Shown: positions 30,269-39,252 of the stretch, in pieces
Numbering within the stretch: the first letter of the stretch is position 1
How the letters are laid out: the number at the start of each line of letters is the position of its first letter
From: Phycisphaerales bacterium
Lineage (GTDB): Bacteria; Planctomycetota; Phycisphaerae; WQYP01
DNA length: 64,000 bases
Assembly (NCBI GenBank): GCA_027313145.1
Contig: DAHVEJ010000001.1
Coordinates: 6,698-70,697 of the forward strand
Reading direction: 5' to 3'
The notes under the pieces: model-generated
The model's database searches: none
Told to the model about the DNA's origin: nothing
Seen by the model: only the letters and a program-made list of their open reading frames with translations
Position numbers and translations under genes: made by a program

Positions 30269-31666
30269 TTGGATTACACAATGCCTTTGGATTCTATCTT
30301 GCAGGAAACGCCCCATACCCCCGGCCCTCCGATTCTTGACCCGCGCCCTTACAGCCGAAAAGATGCCGGCGATGTACTGGCGGTAGGCTTGGCCACCACC
30401 GTTTTGATGTGGTCAGTGGGGTACATTTTCCGCATGCCCGGAGACCGTGTGCCCGCACCGCTGATACTGGCGGCACTGGTGGCCATACTCATCGGTGGCG
30501 GCTTTATGGGCGCTTGGCGCACGCGCCGCGGGCCGATTGGCGGATTATGGGTTGGATTGATCAGTGGATCATTGAATCTTCTGGTGCTGGGTTCATTGGG
30601 CAGAGACCTTACCACTGACCATCGCATTATTGCTTATGAATTTCTCTGGGCACCCGTGAGTGTGATTTCCGCCGGGCTTCTGGCGTGGATCGGGGGTTTT
30701 TTTGGTGCCCGGTTAAATCCGGAGCGGCGGCAATATCTGCATCCGGAAGGTTCGCTGACGCTTTCGACCGGAATTGCGACCTTGGTTTTGATTATGGCCG
30801 GCGGCATGGTGACGGGCCTGAATGCCGGGCTTTCCGTGCCGGATTGGCCGGATTCATTTCGCTTCGGCATGTTCTTTTTCCCGTTATCCCACATGACCGG
30901 CGGCGTATTTTTTGAACATACCCACCGCCTGTTCGGCACGCTGGTGGGGCTGGCCACACTCATTCAAACCATTTATTTATTCCGGCATGAAAGCCGACGC
31001 TGGGTTAAGTGGACATCTTTTATCGCTTTGATCATGGTTATTTTTCAAGGCCTTATGGGCGGCTTGCGCGTCACGGGGCATTTTACGCTGGCCAAATCCC
31101 GGCTCGGAATGGACCCCAGCACCCCGCTGGCCATTATTCACGGGGCATTTGGCCAGGTATTTTTTGCGGTGTTGGTGGTCCTGGCGGCGGTGTGCTCTCC
31201 CAGTTGGACCAGCAACCTGCAGCCTAAGCCGCGATTAAGCGCAAAAATTGGCCGCAGTATGGCGTGGGCACTGGTGGGTGTACTTCTGGTGCAGTTGACG
31301 CTGGGAGCCATTCTACGACACGTCGGGGGCGTCCTGCTTTTGCATATCAGCGTTGCCGTCATTGTTCTGCTGCTGGCTCTGTTTTCCGGTGCGCGCGCCT
31401 GGGGGTTAAACCCGGACCAACTGATTCTTAAACGCGTCGGCCTGGCTTTGCTTTGCGTCGTGTCGCTGCAGGTACTTTTGGGCGTCTGCGCGGTGATCGC
31501 CCTGGGCGGGGGCGGTCCTCTGGAGCATCCAGATATGGCCCAAGCGGTCGTGACCACCGCGCATCAGACCACCGGTGCGGTGCTGCTGGCTATTGCGGTG
31601 CTGCTGGCCGTCTGGACCGTGCGGCTGGAATCGCCGGTTAGCCTGAAGCATCTGGAATCTATATAA
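30269..31666 (+). CDS. COX15/CtaA-family heme A synthase-like membrane protein with an N-terminal extension.
   Basis: Polytopic, with conserved His-containing motifs (EHTHRLFG, HGAFGQ, LLLHISVA). Confidence 0.6.
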   Translation: MDYTMPLDSILQETPHTPGPPILDPRPYSRKDAGDVLAVGLATTVLMWSVGYIFRMPGDRVPAPLILAALVAILIGGGFMGAWRTRRGPIGGLWVGLISGSLNLLVLGSLGRDLTTDHRIIAYEFLWAPVSVISAGLLAWIGGFFGARLNPERRQYLHPEGSLTLSTGIATLVLIMAGGMVTGLNAGLSVPDWPDSFRFGMFFFPLSHMTGGVFFEHTHRLFGTLVGLATLIQTIYLFRHESRRWVKWTSFIALIMVIFQGLMGGLRVTGHFTLAKSRLGMDPSTPLAIIHGAFGQVFFAVLVVLAAVCSPSWTSNLQPKPRLSAKIGRSMAWALVGVLLVQLTLGAILRHVGGVLLLHISVAVIVLLLALFSGARAWGLNPDQLILKRVGLALLCVVSLQVLLGVCAVIALGGGGPLEHPDMAQAVVTTAHQTTGAVLLAIAVLLAVWTVRLESPVSLKHLESI

Positions 31667-31701
31667 TAACACCGGCAAAATGAATCAGGAGATTCATAAA
31701 C

Positions 31702-31938
31702 ATGAATCTATGCGACAATTTTTCTCGCAAACTTAACTTTCGTTGCATATTGGTGTTGACGGCAATAGCTTCGATGCTCATGCTTGGCGGGTGCCAAGAG
31801 GAGCTTTTCAGCGGACGTGACCAGAATATTCAGGGAAAATCACAGTATTTTCCCGATCCGCACCCGATTGAGCAATCCCATTCCGATACGGGCACAGGCG
31901 GAGGGGCAATGCCCTTTGGCGGTCAGAATGGATTCTAA
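31702..31938 (+). CDS. Small hypothetical lipoprotein.
   Basis: Signal peptide with an LGGC lipobox. Confidence 0.4.
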   Translation: MNLCDNFSRKLNFRCILVLTAIASMLMLGGCQEELFSGRDQNIQGKSQYFPDPHPIEQSHSDTGTGGGAMPFGGQNGF

Positions 31939-32046
31939 TGTTTCGCGATTGTGCTTTGTCGCCCCTGATTTTCAGGCTTTACCCACCGCTTTAATCTCCC
32001 GATAAGCTCGTACATTTGTCTTAAGGCTACCTCGCCGCATAAGATA

Positions 32047-32192
32047 GTCTAGGTGCCTGCCTTTCCGAGTAATGGCCGGGATTGCGATGGGTTTGAAATG
32101 CGCCGTATGCGATACGGTTGATCGAGCCGACTCTGAATAAGTAAGTCCGCGAGATTCGACAACAAAGCTGGCGGGGCATTTCAGGCCACCCG
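32047..32192. repeat. Repeat family A, partial copy (5' 145-bp core only, no right terminal repeat).
   Basis: Matches the left TIR and core of 7064-7208 at about 85% identity with small indels. Confidence 0.7.
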
Positions 32193-32246
32193 CGATGCGA
32201 CGGCCCGTCGGATAATGTTTGTAGTGCTGCCGATTCAGGACGAAGT

Positions 32247-32936
32247 ATGGCCAAGACCGTAAGTGAACAACAACTTAACCCTGATGAGGGGCAGGAATAT
32301 CTTAATATTCTTGAACCCCTGCTGCAGGCGGGTGATTTAAATCGGACGGCGGAATGTATTAAACAGTTCTGGTGCGGGGGCAAACTGTGCGCATTTTTAA
32401 CGCACGACGAGCCGGAAGTTCGCCGCGCGGCGGCCATGGGATTAACCCTGGTCGGAAATACGCGAGCCATTGATCCACTGGTTACCGCGCTTCATGATAC
32501 GGATTTGCGGGTTTCTGAACTGGCCCAGGATGCGCTATGGGCGATCTGGTTTCGTGCGGGCAACGCCCGTGCCTGCGGCCACCTCAAGTGCGGAGCACAC
32601 CATCTCAAGCACGGAAATCTGGATGCGGCGATGGAAAAATTTAACCTCGCCATTCAGGTCGATCCCGGATTTGCCGAGGCGTACAATCAGCGAGCCATTG
32701 CTGAATATCTGGCGGAGCGATATACCGATTCCATGGAGGATTGTCGCCGGACATTGGCCATTATTCCGCGGCATTTCGGGGCCATGGCCGGCATGGGCCA
32801 TTGCCATGCCAACCTGGGAAATTTTCCCGATGCGCGGCAATGTTACTGCCAGGCTCTGGAAATCAACCCGCTTATGGATGGCATCGCGGCAGCTCTGGAA
32901 AAGATTCAGGCACTGCTGGAAAAACCGGCGGCTTAA
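32247..32936 (+). CDS. HEAT-repeat plus TPR-repeat protein.
   Basis: PBS-lyase HEAT-like repeats (EVRRAAAMGL.., DLRVSELAQDAL) followed by TPR-like repeats. Confidence 0.55.
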   Translation: MAKTVSEQQLNPDEGQEYLNILEPLLQAGDLNRTAECIKQFWCGGKLCAFLTHDEPEVRRAAAMGLTLVGNTRAIDPLVTALHDTDLRVSELAQDALWAIWFRAGNARACGHLKCGAHHLKHGNLDAAMEKFNLAIQVDPGFAEAYNQRAIAEYLAERYTDSMEDCRRTLAIIPRHFGAMAGMGHCHANLGNFPDARQCYCQALEINPLMDGIAAALEKIQALLEKPAA

Positions 32937-32946
32937 GCGATTTTTA

Positions 32947-33723
32947 TTATTCTATCAGCGCCCGGCCAAACAGTCGCACGGCATTGGCGGAAGTAATTTC
33001 ACCGGTTTGTTCGATTGTCCACCCGCGTTCGGCGGCGACACGTTCGGCCACATACGCGGTAAATGCCGGCTCATTGGGTTTTATTTTTCGCACCGCCTGG
33101 GGGGTCAGGTAAGGCGCATCGGTTTCAATAAGTAAACGATCTTCCGGAACCAGTTTGCACGCCTCACGCACATCCGGGGCGTTTTTGTAGGTAATAACCC
33201 CGGTAAACCCGATGTACGCCCCCAATTCCAGCCATTGCGCACATTGCTCGGGTGTGCCGGTAAAACAATGCACCACAAAACGCATATTCGCGTGCCGGCG
33301 CATAATTTCCAAAGCATCCGCATGGGCGTCGCGCACATGGAGAATCATCGGCATACGTAATTGCTCGGCAAGATCAATCTGCCGCTGGAATACGGTTTTC
33401 TGCACCGGCGGCAGAGCCGAATTGCCATGATAATCAAGCCCGCATTCACCCACCGCCAGCACCTTTGCCGAACTGCCTATTGCGTATTGCAATTCATCGA
33501 CAAAATTTTCCGCGGCCTCGCCGGCATAATGCGGGTGAATACCCAGCGCCCCAAAAACTTGTCCATGCGCACCAAGCGTTTCCAGTACCCGTGGGTGATC
33601 CGCTGGATGCGTGCCAATGCAGATCATCCGAAACACGCCCGCCACAATCGCGCGTTGCACCACCTCCGCCTGCCGCTCTTCCAGGCCCTCATACGTAAGA
33701 TGGCAATGTGTATCAATCAACAT
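32947..33723 (-). CDS. tatD: TatD-family metal-dependent hydrolase/DNase.
   Basis: MLIDTHCHL start and conserved His/Glu/Asp positions. Confidence 0.9.
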   Translation of the reverse strand: MLIDTHCHLTYEGLEERQAEVVQRAIVAGVFRMICIGTHPADHPRVLETLGAHGQVFGALGIHPHYAGEAAENFVDELQYAIGSSAKVLAVGECGLDYHGNSALPPVQKTVFQRQIDLAEQLRMPMILHVRDAHADALEIMRRHANMRFVVHCFTGTPEQCAQWLELGAYIGFTGVITYKNAPDVREACKLVPEDRLLIETDAPYLTPQAVRKIKPNEPAFTAYVAERVAAERGWTIEQTGEITSANAVRLFGRALIE

Positions 33724-34106
33724 AACGGGATTTTACCATACCGCCACGTCACAGGGGAGATCTGAAAGCCCACCGGCCCGGCCGGAGCGGACGAGGGCAT
33801 CGGCGGCGCATTGGGATTTGGAACACTCGTGGTATACTCCTTTCAGCAGGTCCCGGTGCCCCGGGAGATCGGGACCCGTGGCCGTTGAATCCGTCCCGGA
33901 AAACCGAGGCGTGGCTTCGTTGGTGGGCCAGACGGGCGATCGAAAAACAGGCCCGACGGCAATTACCTCTTCGAGCTCGAAGCTCAACCGGGTATTACCC
34001 GTGGGCTGGTCAGATACGACGGCGGGCTCAAAGCCCATAAGCATACTCGACCGGCCCCGAACTGATCGGCCCTGATCCATGCCCGCTTTTTAATTACGAA
34101 CAAATT

Positions 34107-35195
34107 ATGCGATTGACCGAATCCAGTTCGTCCCGTACCCAGTGGCATAAGCATAACAAATTCCCTGCGCAAAACGGAACTCGCTTTCACAGAACCAATC
34201 AACCCGAAACATGTCATGCCCGGTACGACGCCTTCGGCAACGCCTTGGGCTTCAATGCGGCCACCGCATTAACAACATATCTGTACAGCTCAATGCCGTA
34301 TGATGCGGCCAGCGGCAATCACTACGACCACGCCCGGTTCTACGATTCCAGCACCGGCGAATTCACACAATCGGATTATGGCTACGCAGGTTCGCTTGCC
34401 AATCCGATGACTGATCTGCCGTACGCCTTCACCGGCGGCGATCCGATAAACATGCTGGATTTGAGTGGGAATGGCTTTAGCCTGCCGGATGTAATAGTCG
34501 CTATGGGGATTATTTCGACGCTGGGTGGGCCTAGCATCGGCGGCTTCGGCGCTGCAACGGGAGGGAGTCTCCTTCCCGACGCGGCGATATTTGGGTTCAG
34601 AATTACCTTGGACCGACAGCAGTTTGCCCGCTTCGGTTCTAACGTCGCCCTCGCGCTCGCCGGGGTCGGCGATGTCTCACCATTCTCGATGGTGCTCTCG
34701 GAGCTCGCGGGGTTCTTGGGCACGTTGAACTCGGAAATAGCAGGCCTGGTCGGCGGCAGTGCCTCTGCCGGGGTCACTGCGGGCCTTGAACTCATCGCAG
34801 ACCGCAAGGATGAGGTGCTGGGTGTCTACGGGTTCGTCGGTGCCGCTGTAGGAGTTTCTGCGGGGAGTGGGAACGTGAGCACGTCCATCTACGACGGCGT
34901 GGTCTGGGACGTGCCTAAATGGACGGACTACGCAGGTCCGTTTATTACGGTCGGCGGGACGGTCAGCCCCGGGATGCTCGGCGCAGGGGTCAACTATTTT
35001 TATGCGGTCGGCAACCCGAGCCAGCACGGCATTCTTACTTCGTTGAGCCAAGGTGCCGGGAGCGGCCTCGGCGGGTCGTATACGAAGTACAGAGCACTCG
35101 ACGAGGTCGGCCAAGGGCCAGGGGCGGTTCTGCCGTGGTTGGAGCTCTCGTGGCCACCGCCTTATGACTTCCTGATGCCATTGAATCTTGGTTGA
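34107..35195 (+). CDS. Orphan RHS/YD-repeat C-terminal fragment: end of the RHS core fused to a glycine-rich variable C-terminal (putative toxin) domain. N-terminally truncated.
   Basis: RYDAFGN, YDAASGN and ARFYDSSTGEFTQSD...DLPYAFTGGDPINMLDLSGN match the RHS-core terminus (RxYDPxxGRFxxxDP...NLYxYxxNNPxNxxDPxGL). An in-frame stop 23 codons upstream leaves no long N-terminal RHS body. Confidence 0.7.
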   Translation: MRLTESSSSRTQWHKHNKFPAQNGTRFHRTNQPETCHARYDAFGNALGFNAATALTTYLYSSMPYDAASGNHYDHARFYDSSTGEFTQSDYGYAGSLANPMTDLPYAFTGGDPINMLDLSGNGFSLPDVIVAMGIISTLGGPSIGGFGAATGGSLLPDAAIFGFRITLDRQQFARFGSNVALALAGVGDVSPFSMVLSELAGFLGTLNSEIAGLVGGSASAGVTAGLELIADRKDEVLGVYGFVGAAVGVSAGSGNVSTSIYDGVVWDVPKWTDYAGPFITVGGTVSPGMLGAGVNYFYAVGNPSQHGILTSLSQGAGSGLGGSYTKYRALDEVGQGPGAVLPWLELSWPPPYDFLMPLNLG

Positions 35196-35201
35196 GGCGC
35201 C

Positions 35202-36110
35202 ATGGCGCGTAGGAGGCTATCCATGAGGTTATTTTCAACCGTCCGTTCGCTCTTTTCGACTTTGGCAATCTTGGCGGGCCTGGCGGCGGCCCTGTCCTTC
35301 GTAGCCGATTTTGCGTTGACCTATTCGCACGGGGGCGGGGTCACTCCGTACACGCGCGAATCGAGTGGACACTATTTTCTAGTCGCGCACGGGGCATCGT
35401 ATCAGGTTTCGGGTACCTTATTTTGGCCCGCTTGGTGGCTTGAGCGTATCGTTTTTGGAGGCTGCGCAGCTTTATTGGTGGAGCTCGTGATAGAGGTAAT
35501 TTCAGTGCTTTGGTACGGCGCTCGAGGATTGCCCCCGCCGCAGAGTGCGGTGCCACTCCGGATGAACGGCAAACGCGGCGAACGCGCGGCCGCCGTGGAA
35601 CATCCTAATATCCTGTGGTCCGAGCCTTATCTTTACGAGATCCGAAGGCTGCCGCGCCCGGCGGCATTATATTCATGGGTACCGGGCCGTGTCGTCATGG
35701 CGGTCTTTGCCTTCACGGCGGTGATCTTTGCATCCTGCGCGGCAGCGCAATACGCCGCTGGCCAGCCGCACCGCGCTGTGGCAGGCCTCTGGTCCTTCGC
35801 GGCCATCTGGCTGCTGGTCGTGGTGCTTGCTGGGGCGGTGGGAGCTGCCTGTTACCTGGCGCTGGTGCTCGCCCCGGCGGGCGTGTTCATCTGGAAAGGC
35901 AAACTCCTGCTAGAGAAACCACCGGCATCGCTGAGTCCGGACGATATTGATCGAGTCGTTGTTGAGTTCCCCGAGCACGGTTACGGGATTGTCCAGGTTC
36001 ACACAAGGAAGGGAATACGCACAGTGGGAATACCCGCTGGGACAAACCTAGCGGAGCTGCAAAATTTTTTGGGGGAAAAGGTTTCGGTGACGAAGGATGG
36101 GCGGCAATGA
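35202..36110 (+). CDS. Membrane protein, candidate immunity protein for the adjacent RHS C-terminal domain.
   Basis: Sits immediately downstream (7 nt) of the toxin tip, with multiple TM helices and no other recognisable domain. Confidence 0.4.
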   Translation: MARRRLSMRLFSTVRSLFSTLAILAGLAAALSFVADFALTYSHGGGVTPYTRESSGHYFLVAHGASYQVSGTLFWPAWWLERIVFGGCAALLVELVIEVISVLWYGARGLPPPQSAVPLRMNGKRGERAAAVEHPNILWSEPYLYEIRRLPRPAALYSWVPGRVVMAVFAFTAVIFASCAAAQYAAGQPHRAVAGLWSFAAIWLLVVVLAGAVGAACYLALVLAPAGVFIWKGKLLLEKPPASLSPDDIDRVVVEFPEHGYGIVQVHTRKGIRTVGIPAGTNLAELQNFLGEKVSVTKDGRQ

Positions 36111-36245
36111 CCGTACTCGCCGATGACAGCTACAGGTATGGCGCTGATGGTTTGAAAACTGGAGCCGTGGAATACACGCTGAGTGTGGACGGCAGCCCTG
36201 GCACCATAACCTCGTCGCGGAATTATGACGCGCTGGATCGTTAAT
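36108..36245 (+). pseudogene. Residual YD-repeat (RHS) fragment, 45 codons.
   Basis: Translation ...SYRYGADGLKTGAVEYTLSVDGSPGTITSSRNYDALDR contains two YD-repeat units. Start overlaps the previous stop (ATGA). Confidence 0.55.
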
Positions 36246-36524
36246 ACAGGAAGTGTCCAGCGATGGTGCCAGAACAGCAGTGCCGAACCGCACCGGGAAA
36301 GCGAAACCGGGACGTGATTAGTTAATTGAGATAGCGGCAGATTTAGTGGTTTACTGGATTGTGGTTGGCGCGGCGATAAAATGGATGGCATTCTGATGCT
36401 TGGGTGGCCGCAGCGGTTGCGGGGTGCCGGGATGGATCGGGTTCCCACCCCCGTCCTCCGCTTTCCTCCACCGCCAACCGTGGTGAATTCCGTCGTGTCT
36501 GCGTGCCTTCTGAAACGGCCGATT

Positions 36525-36665
36525 ACAATGATCAATGATCGATGAACACTGATCAATAACAGGGCAAATCGGGCTGCGGCCAGATTAGAGCAGGTGAGCA
36601 GCGCAGAGTTGAGGAGTCGAACGGATTGGGCTGCGGCCCAATAGAACAGGTGAAGTTAGAGAGTT
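36525..36665. repeat. Compound repeat: TGATCA cluster (36528-36560) plus REP-like doublet in inverted orientation relative to 27978-28073.
   Basis: CAAATCGGGCTGCGGCCAGATTAGAGCAGGTGAGCAG is the reverse complement of 28036-28073. The second unit at 36623-36660 matches 27978-28016. Confidence 0.7.
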
Positions 36666-37384
36666 GAACGGTCGAGCAAATAAGGCTGATAGCAAAAGGG
36701 CGGTTGTCGCCGAAAGGGGAAACTTCTTCTGCGACCGGTTGGCTGTTTACTGCTCCGAGATTTGTATGGTCCGGATTTATTCCGAAAGTCGAAACACTTT
36801 CAGTGTCGCGTGCACTCCGAGGGACAAGGAATCTCTGCCGTGCGCACACCGAAGGCGATTGTTTCTATTTGGTTCGCTCAATGCCCAATAGCCGACCATG
36901 ACGCGCAACAAACTGATCCGTTGTGAAATGTAACGGGCACGTAACGAGTTTATAAAAGTGGCGGCGGCTTTAGCTGTTGCTGGATTGTGCTTGGCGCGGC
37001 GGCAATCGCGATGCTGAGTGCCGCCCCGGCGGTGAGAAAGTTGATGGTATCCGGCAGGCGGCGTTGCGCTTAATGGACAATGAGTAACAAAACGGCCCCG
37101 GCGCGGGGCATTCATGAGACGTAGTGGGGGGCGCCGCTTATAGGTTTTAGGTTGCGGATCGCTTTGGGGTACGGGGCCGGGCGGGCGCGCGGGCACGATG
37201 CCCGCGGCTTAATGGGTGGCGGTGCGCGGGATTATGCGTGGTTTTTTCCGCACCGATTTGTCCCGAGCACGACCAATCCCGGCGCGGCTTAATTGGATGC
37301 GGAAATCGGATTGACCACACCGTACACGTTGCAGAGAAAGGAGTTTATTCCAGGCGCGCCGGGATGGATGTTTACAATCTCCAA

Positions 37385-37470
37385 TGATCACTGATCACGG
37401 ATCACGGATCAATGGCCACAGATCAAAAAATCTGGAACCTCCGATATTTTGTTCATCGATCATTGGTCTT
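37385..37470. repeat. Third TGATCA/GATC cluster (at least 7 GATC in 90 bp), ending in the family-A terminal motif GGCCATTGGTCGGACAGGCTCC (37499-37520).
   Basis: Direct reading of the sequence. Resembles the 27849-27872 cluster (GATCATTGGTCTTTGGTCTTTGA vs GATCATTGATCTTTGATCATTGA). Confidence 0.6.
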
Positions 37471-37553
37471 TGGTCTTTGAGCGAAGCGCCCACGGTCGCG
37501 ATTCCGGCCATTGGTCGGACAGGCTCCCGGATTTCGTCAGGAAACGGCGCGGA

Positions 37554-38369
37554 TCACGCGTTGATGCGGCCTTCCCAAGGGCTGCTGGCGGTGGCGTAGA
37601 GTTTGCGGGGAATGCGGCCGGCTTCGTAGGCCAGGCGGCCGGATTCGGTGGCCAGCATCATGGCGCGGGCCATTTTGGCGGGTTCGGCTGCTGCGGCCAC
37701 GGCTGTATTTAATAATACTGCGTCAACGCCTAATTCCATCGCTGCCGCTACATCGCTGGCGGTGCCCACGCCGGCATCCACAATAACCGGATACGTTGGA
37801 TCATTTTCCTTCAACTGCTCAAGAATAATGCGAATGGCGTTGGGATTCAGCACGCCCTGCCCCGAACCGATGGGTGAACCCGCGGGCATAACCGCGGCGG
37901 CACCGGCTTCTTTAATGCGTTTGCACAGCATGACATCGTCCGAGCAGTAAACCAGAACCTGAAAGCCGTCCTTAACCAGTGTCTTCAAGGCTTCCAGGGT
38001 GCCAACGGGTTCGGGGAGAAGTGTTTTGGTATCTCCCAGGCATTCCAGTTTTACCCAATCGGCACCGCGGTAGCCCGAGCCGGTTAACATTTCGCGGCCT
38101 AATTTCGCCACGCGCACCACTTCTTCGGCGTTAAAACAGCCGGCGGTGTTGGGCAGGAGAATGTATTTTTGCGGATCAATAAAATCCAGAATATTGCGGC
38201 CGGAATTTTTATCCAGCAGTCGCTCGCGCCGCACGGCGACCGTAACAACTTGTGCTCCGCTTTCGTGGTGGCATTTCTGCATGAGTTCCAGAGAACTGTA
38301 TTTGCCCGTACCGACAATCAGTCGGGATTGCAATTCGTAAGGTCCGATTTTCAAGGTTGTGGATGTCAT
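37554..38369 (-). CDS. thiG: Thiazole synthase.
   Basis: Full-length ThiG similarity ([19 protein letters not shown]...). Confidence 0.95.
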   Translation of the reverse strand: MTSTTLKIGPYELQSRLIVGTGKYSSLELMQKCHHESGAQVVTVAVRRERLLDKNSGRNILDFIDPQKYILLPNTAGCFNAEEVVRVAKLGREMLTGSGYRGADWVKLECLGDTKTLLPEPVGTLEALKTLVKDGFQVLVYCSDDVMLCKRIKEAGAAAVMPAGSPIGSGQGVLNPNAIRIILEQLKENDPTYPVIVDAGVGTASDVAAAMELGVDAVLLNTAVAAAAEPAKMARAMMLATESGRLAYEAGRIPRKLYATASSPWEGRINA

Positions 38370-38381
38370 TGGTTTTCCTGT

Positions 38382-38582
38382 TTAGCCGCCACCGACAAAG
38401 GTGACAATTTCTACCGTATCACCTGATTTCAGGCCGGTAGTTACGTAGGCCTTTTTGGCCACAATATCGCGATTCAGCTCCACCGCCACCCGCACGCTCT
38501 GGAGCTTATAATGATCCAGCAGGGCCTGAATGGTGGCCCCGTCGGGCAAGTGAAGTTTTTCGCCGTTGACGCAAAGTTCCAT
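38382..38582 (-). CDS. thiS: Sulfur carrier protein ThiS.
   Basis: 66 aa with ubiquitin-like fold sequence and a C-terminal GG. Confidence 0.85.
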   Translation of the reverse strand: MELCVNGEKLHLPDGATIQALLDHYKLQSVRVAVELNRDIVAKKAYVTTGLKSGDTVEIVTFVGGG

Positions 38583-38650
38583 GTTATTATTTTACCCGCT
38601 TTGCGCGTGAAGTGTAATATTTCCTGGGAATGCGAATGCGTGTGCCGGCG

Positions 38651-39070
38651 TCATTCGGTCATTTTCAGCCAACCGGCGGCGGAAACACCCCAAAGCAGAT
38701 TCAAAAACAGGACAAACAGAGGAGTGGTTAAGCCGTGGTTTAATCCCATGAGACGCTGCCCCAGGAAAATCGGGAACACGACAAAAAGCTGACACGCCGC
38801 GGGCAGCAGGCCCAGCAGCAGGCCGCGTTTCAATACAGAGTTGGTCAGCACGGGCAGCACCAGAAACAATCCAAATATTCCGCCCCATACAATGTGTGAA
38901 TAAATCCACGGCTTGTCAGCACTGACCGACAAGTTGCAGCCCAGCATGTGAAATACGCCCATGCGGGATAACATCCAGGCTGCCAGCATATTGACTACAG
39001 CCCCCACGACCCCGGCGGCAAAACTTAATGATAATTGTCCCGGAACACTGGAAGAACCCGAACCAGCCAT
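38651..39070 (-). CDS. Hypothetical 4-TM membrane protein, co-oriented upstream of thiS-thiG.
   Basis: Hydrophobic segments. Gap of 69 bp to thiS. Confidence 0.5.
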   Translation of the reverse strand: MAGSGSSSVPGQLSLSFAAGVVGAVVNMLAAWMLSRMGVFHMLGCNLSVSADKPWIYSHIVWGGIFGLFLVLPVLTNSVLKRGLLLGLLPAACQLFVVFPIFLGQRLMGLNHGLTTPLFVLFLNLLWGVSAAGWLKMTE

Positions 39071-39252
39071 GCTTTACTCCTGCAAATCCGCCCGGCATGA
39101 TACCAGAACGCAGGAGAGGAGGTAGTTGATGGAATTCGCCCGGCAGGACGGCCGCCGGCAGCCTGAAAAAGATAAGACAAACGGCAGCCCAAGTGTTTTG
39201 CCGGGTTGACCTATCCCTCGCGTGGCTGCCCCCCTTTTATTTCGCATGGCGT

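Noticed and set aside
33611-34075. 154-aa plus-strand ORF upstream of the RHS tip, as a possible N-terminal continuation.
   Set aside because: Different frame, overlaps tatD antisense and has no YD-repeat content. The RHS fragment is genuinely truncated.
35999-36556. 185-aa minus ORF in the repeat-rich non-coding region.
   Set aside because: Spans the YD remnant and GC-rich repeats antisense, with no start context or domain.
38583-39252. TPP riboswitch upstream of the membrane-thiS-thiG operon.
   Set aside because: Read the minus-strand leader (39071-39250). A stem GGCAGCC...GGCTGCC exists, but the CUGAGA and ACCUGAUCUGGAUAAUGCCAGCG boxes are absent.
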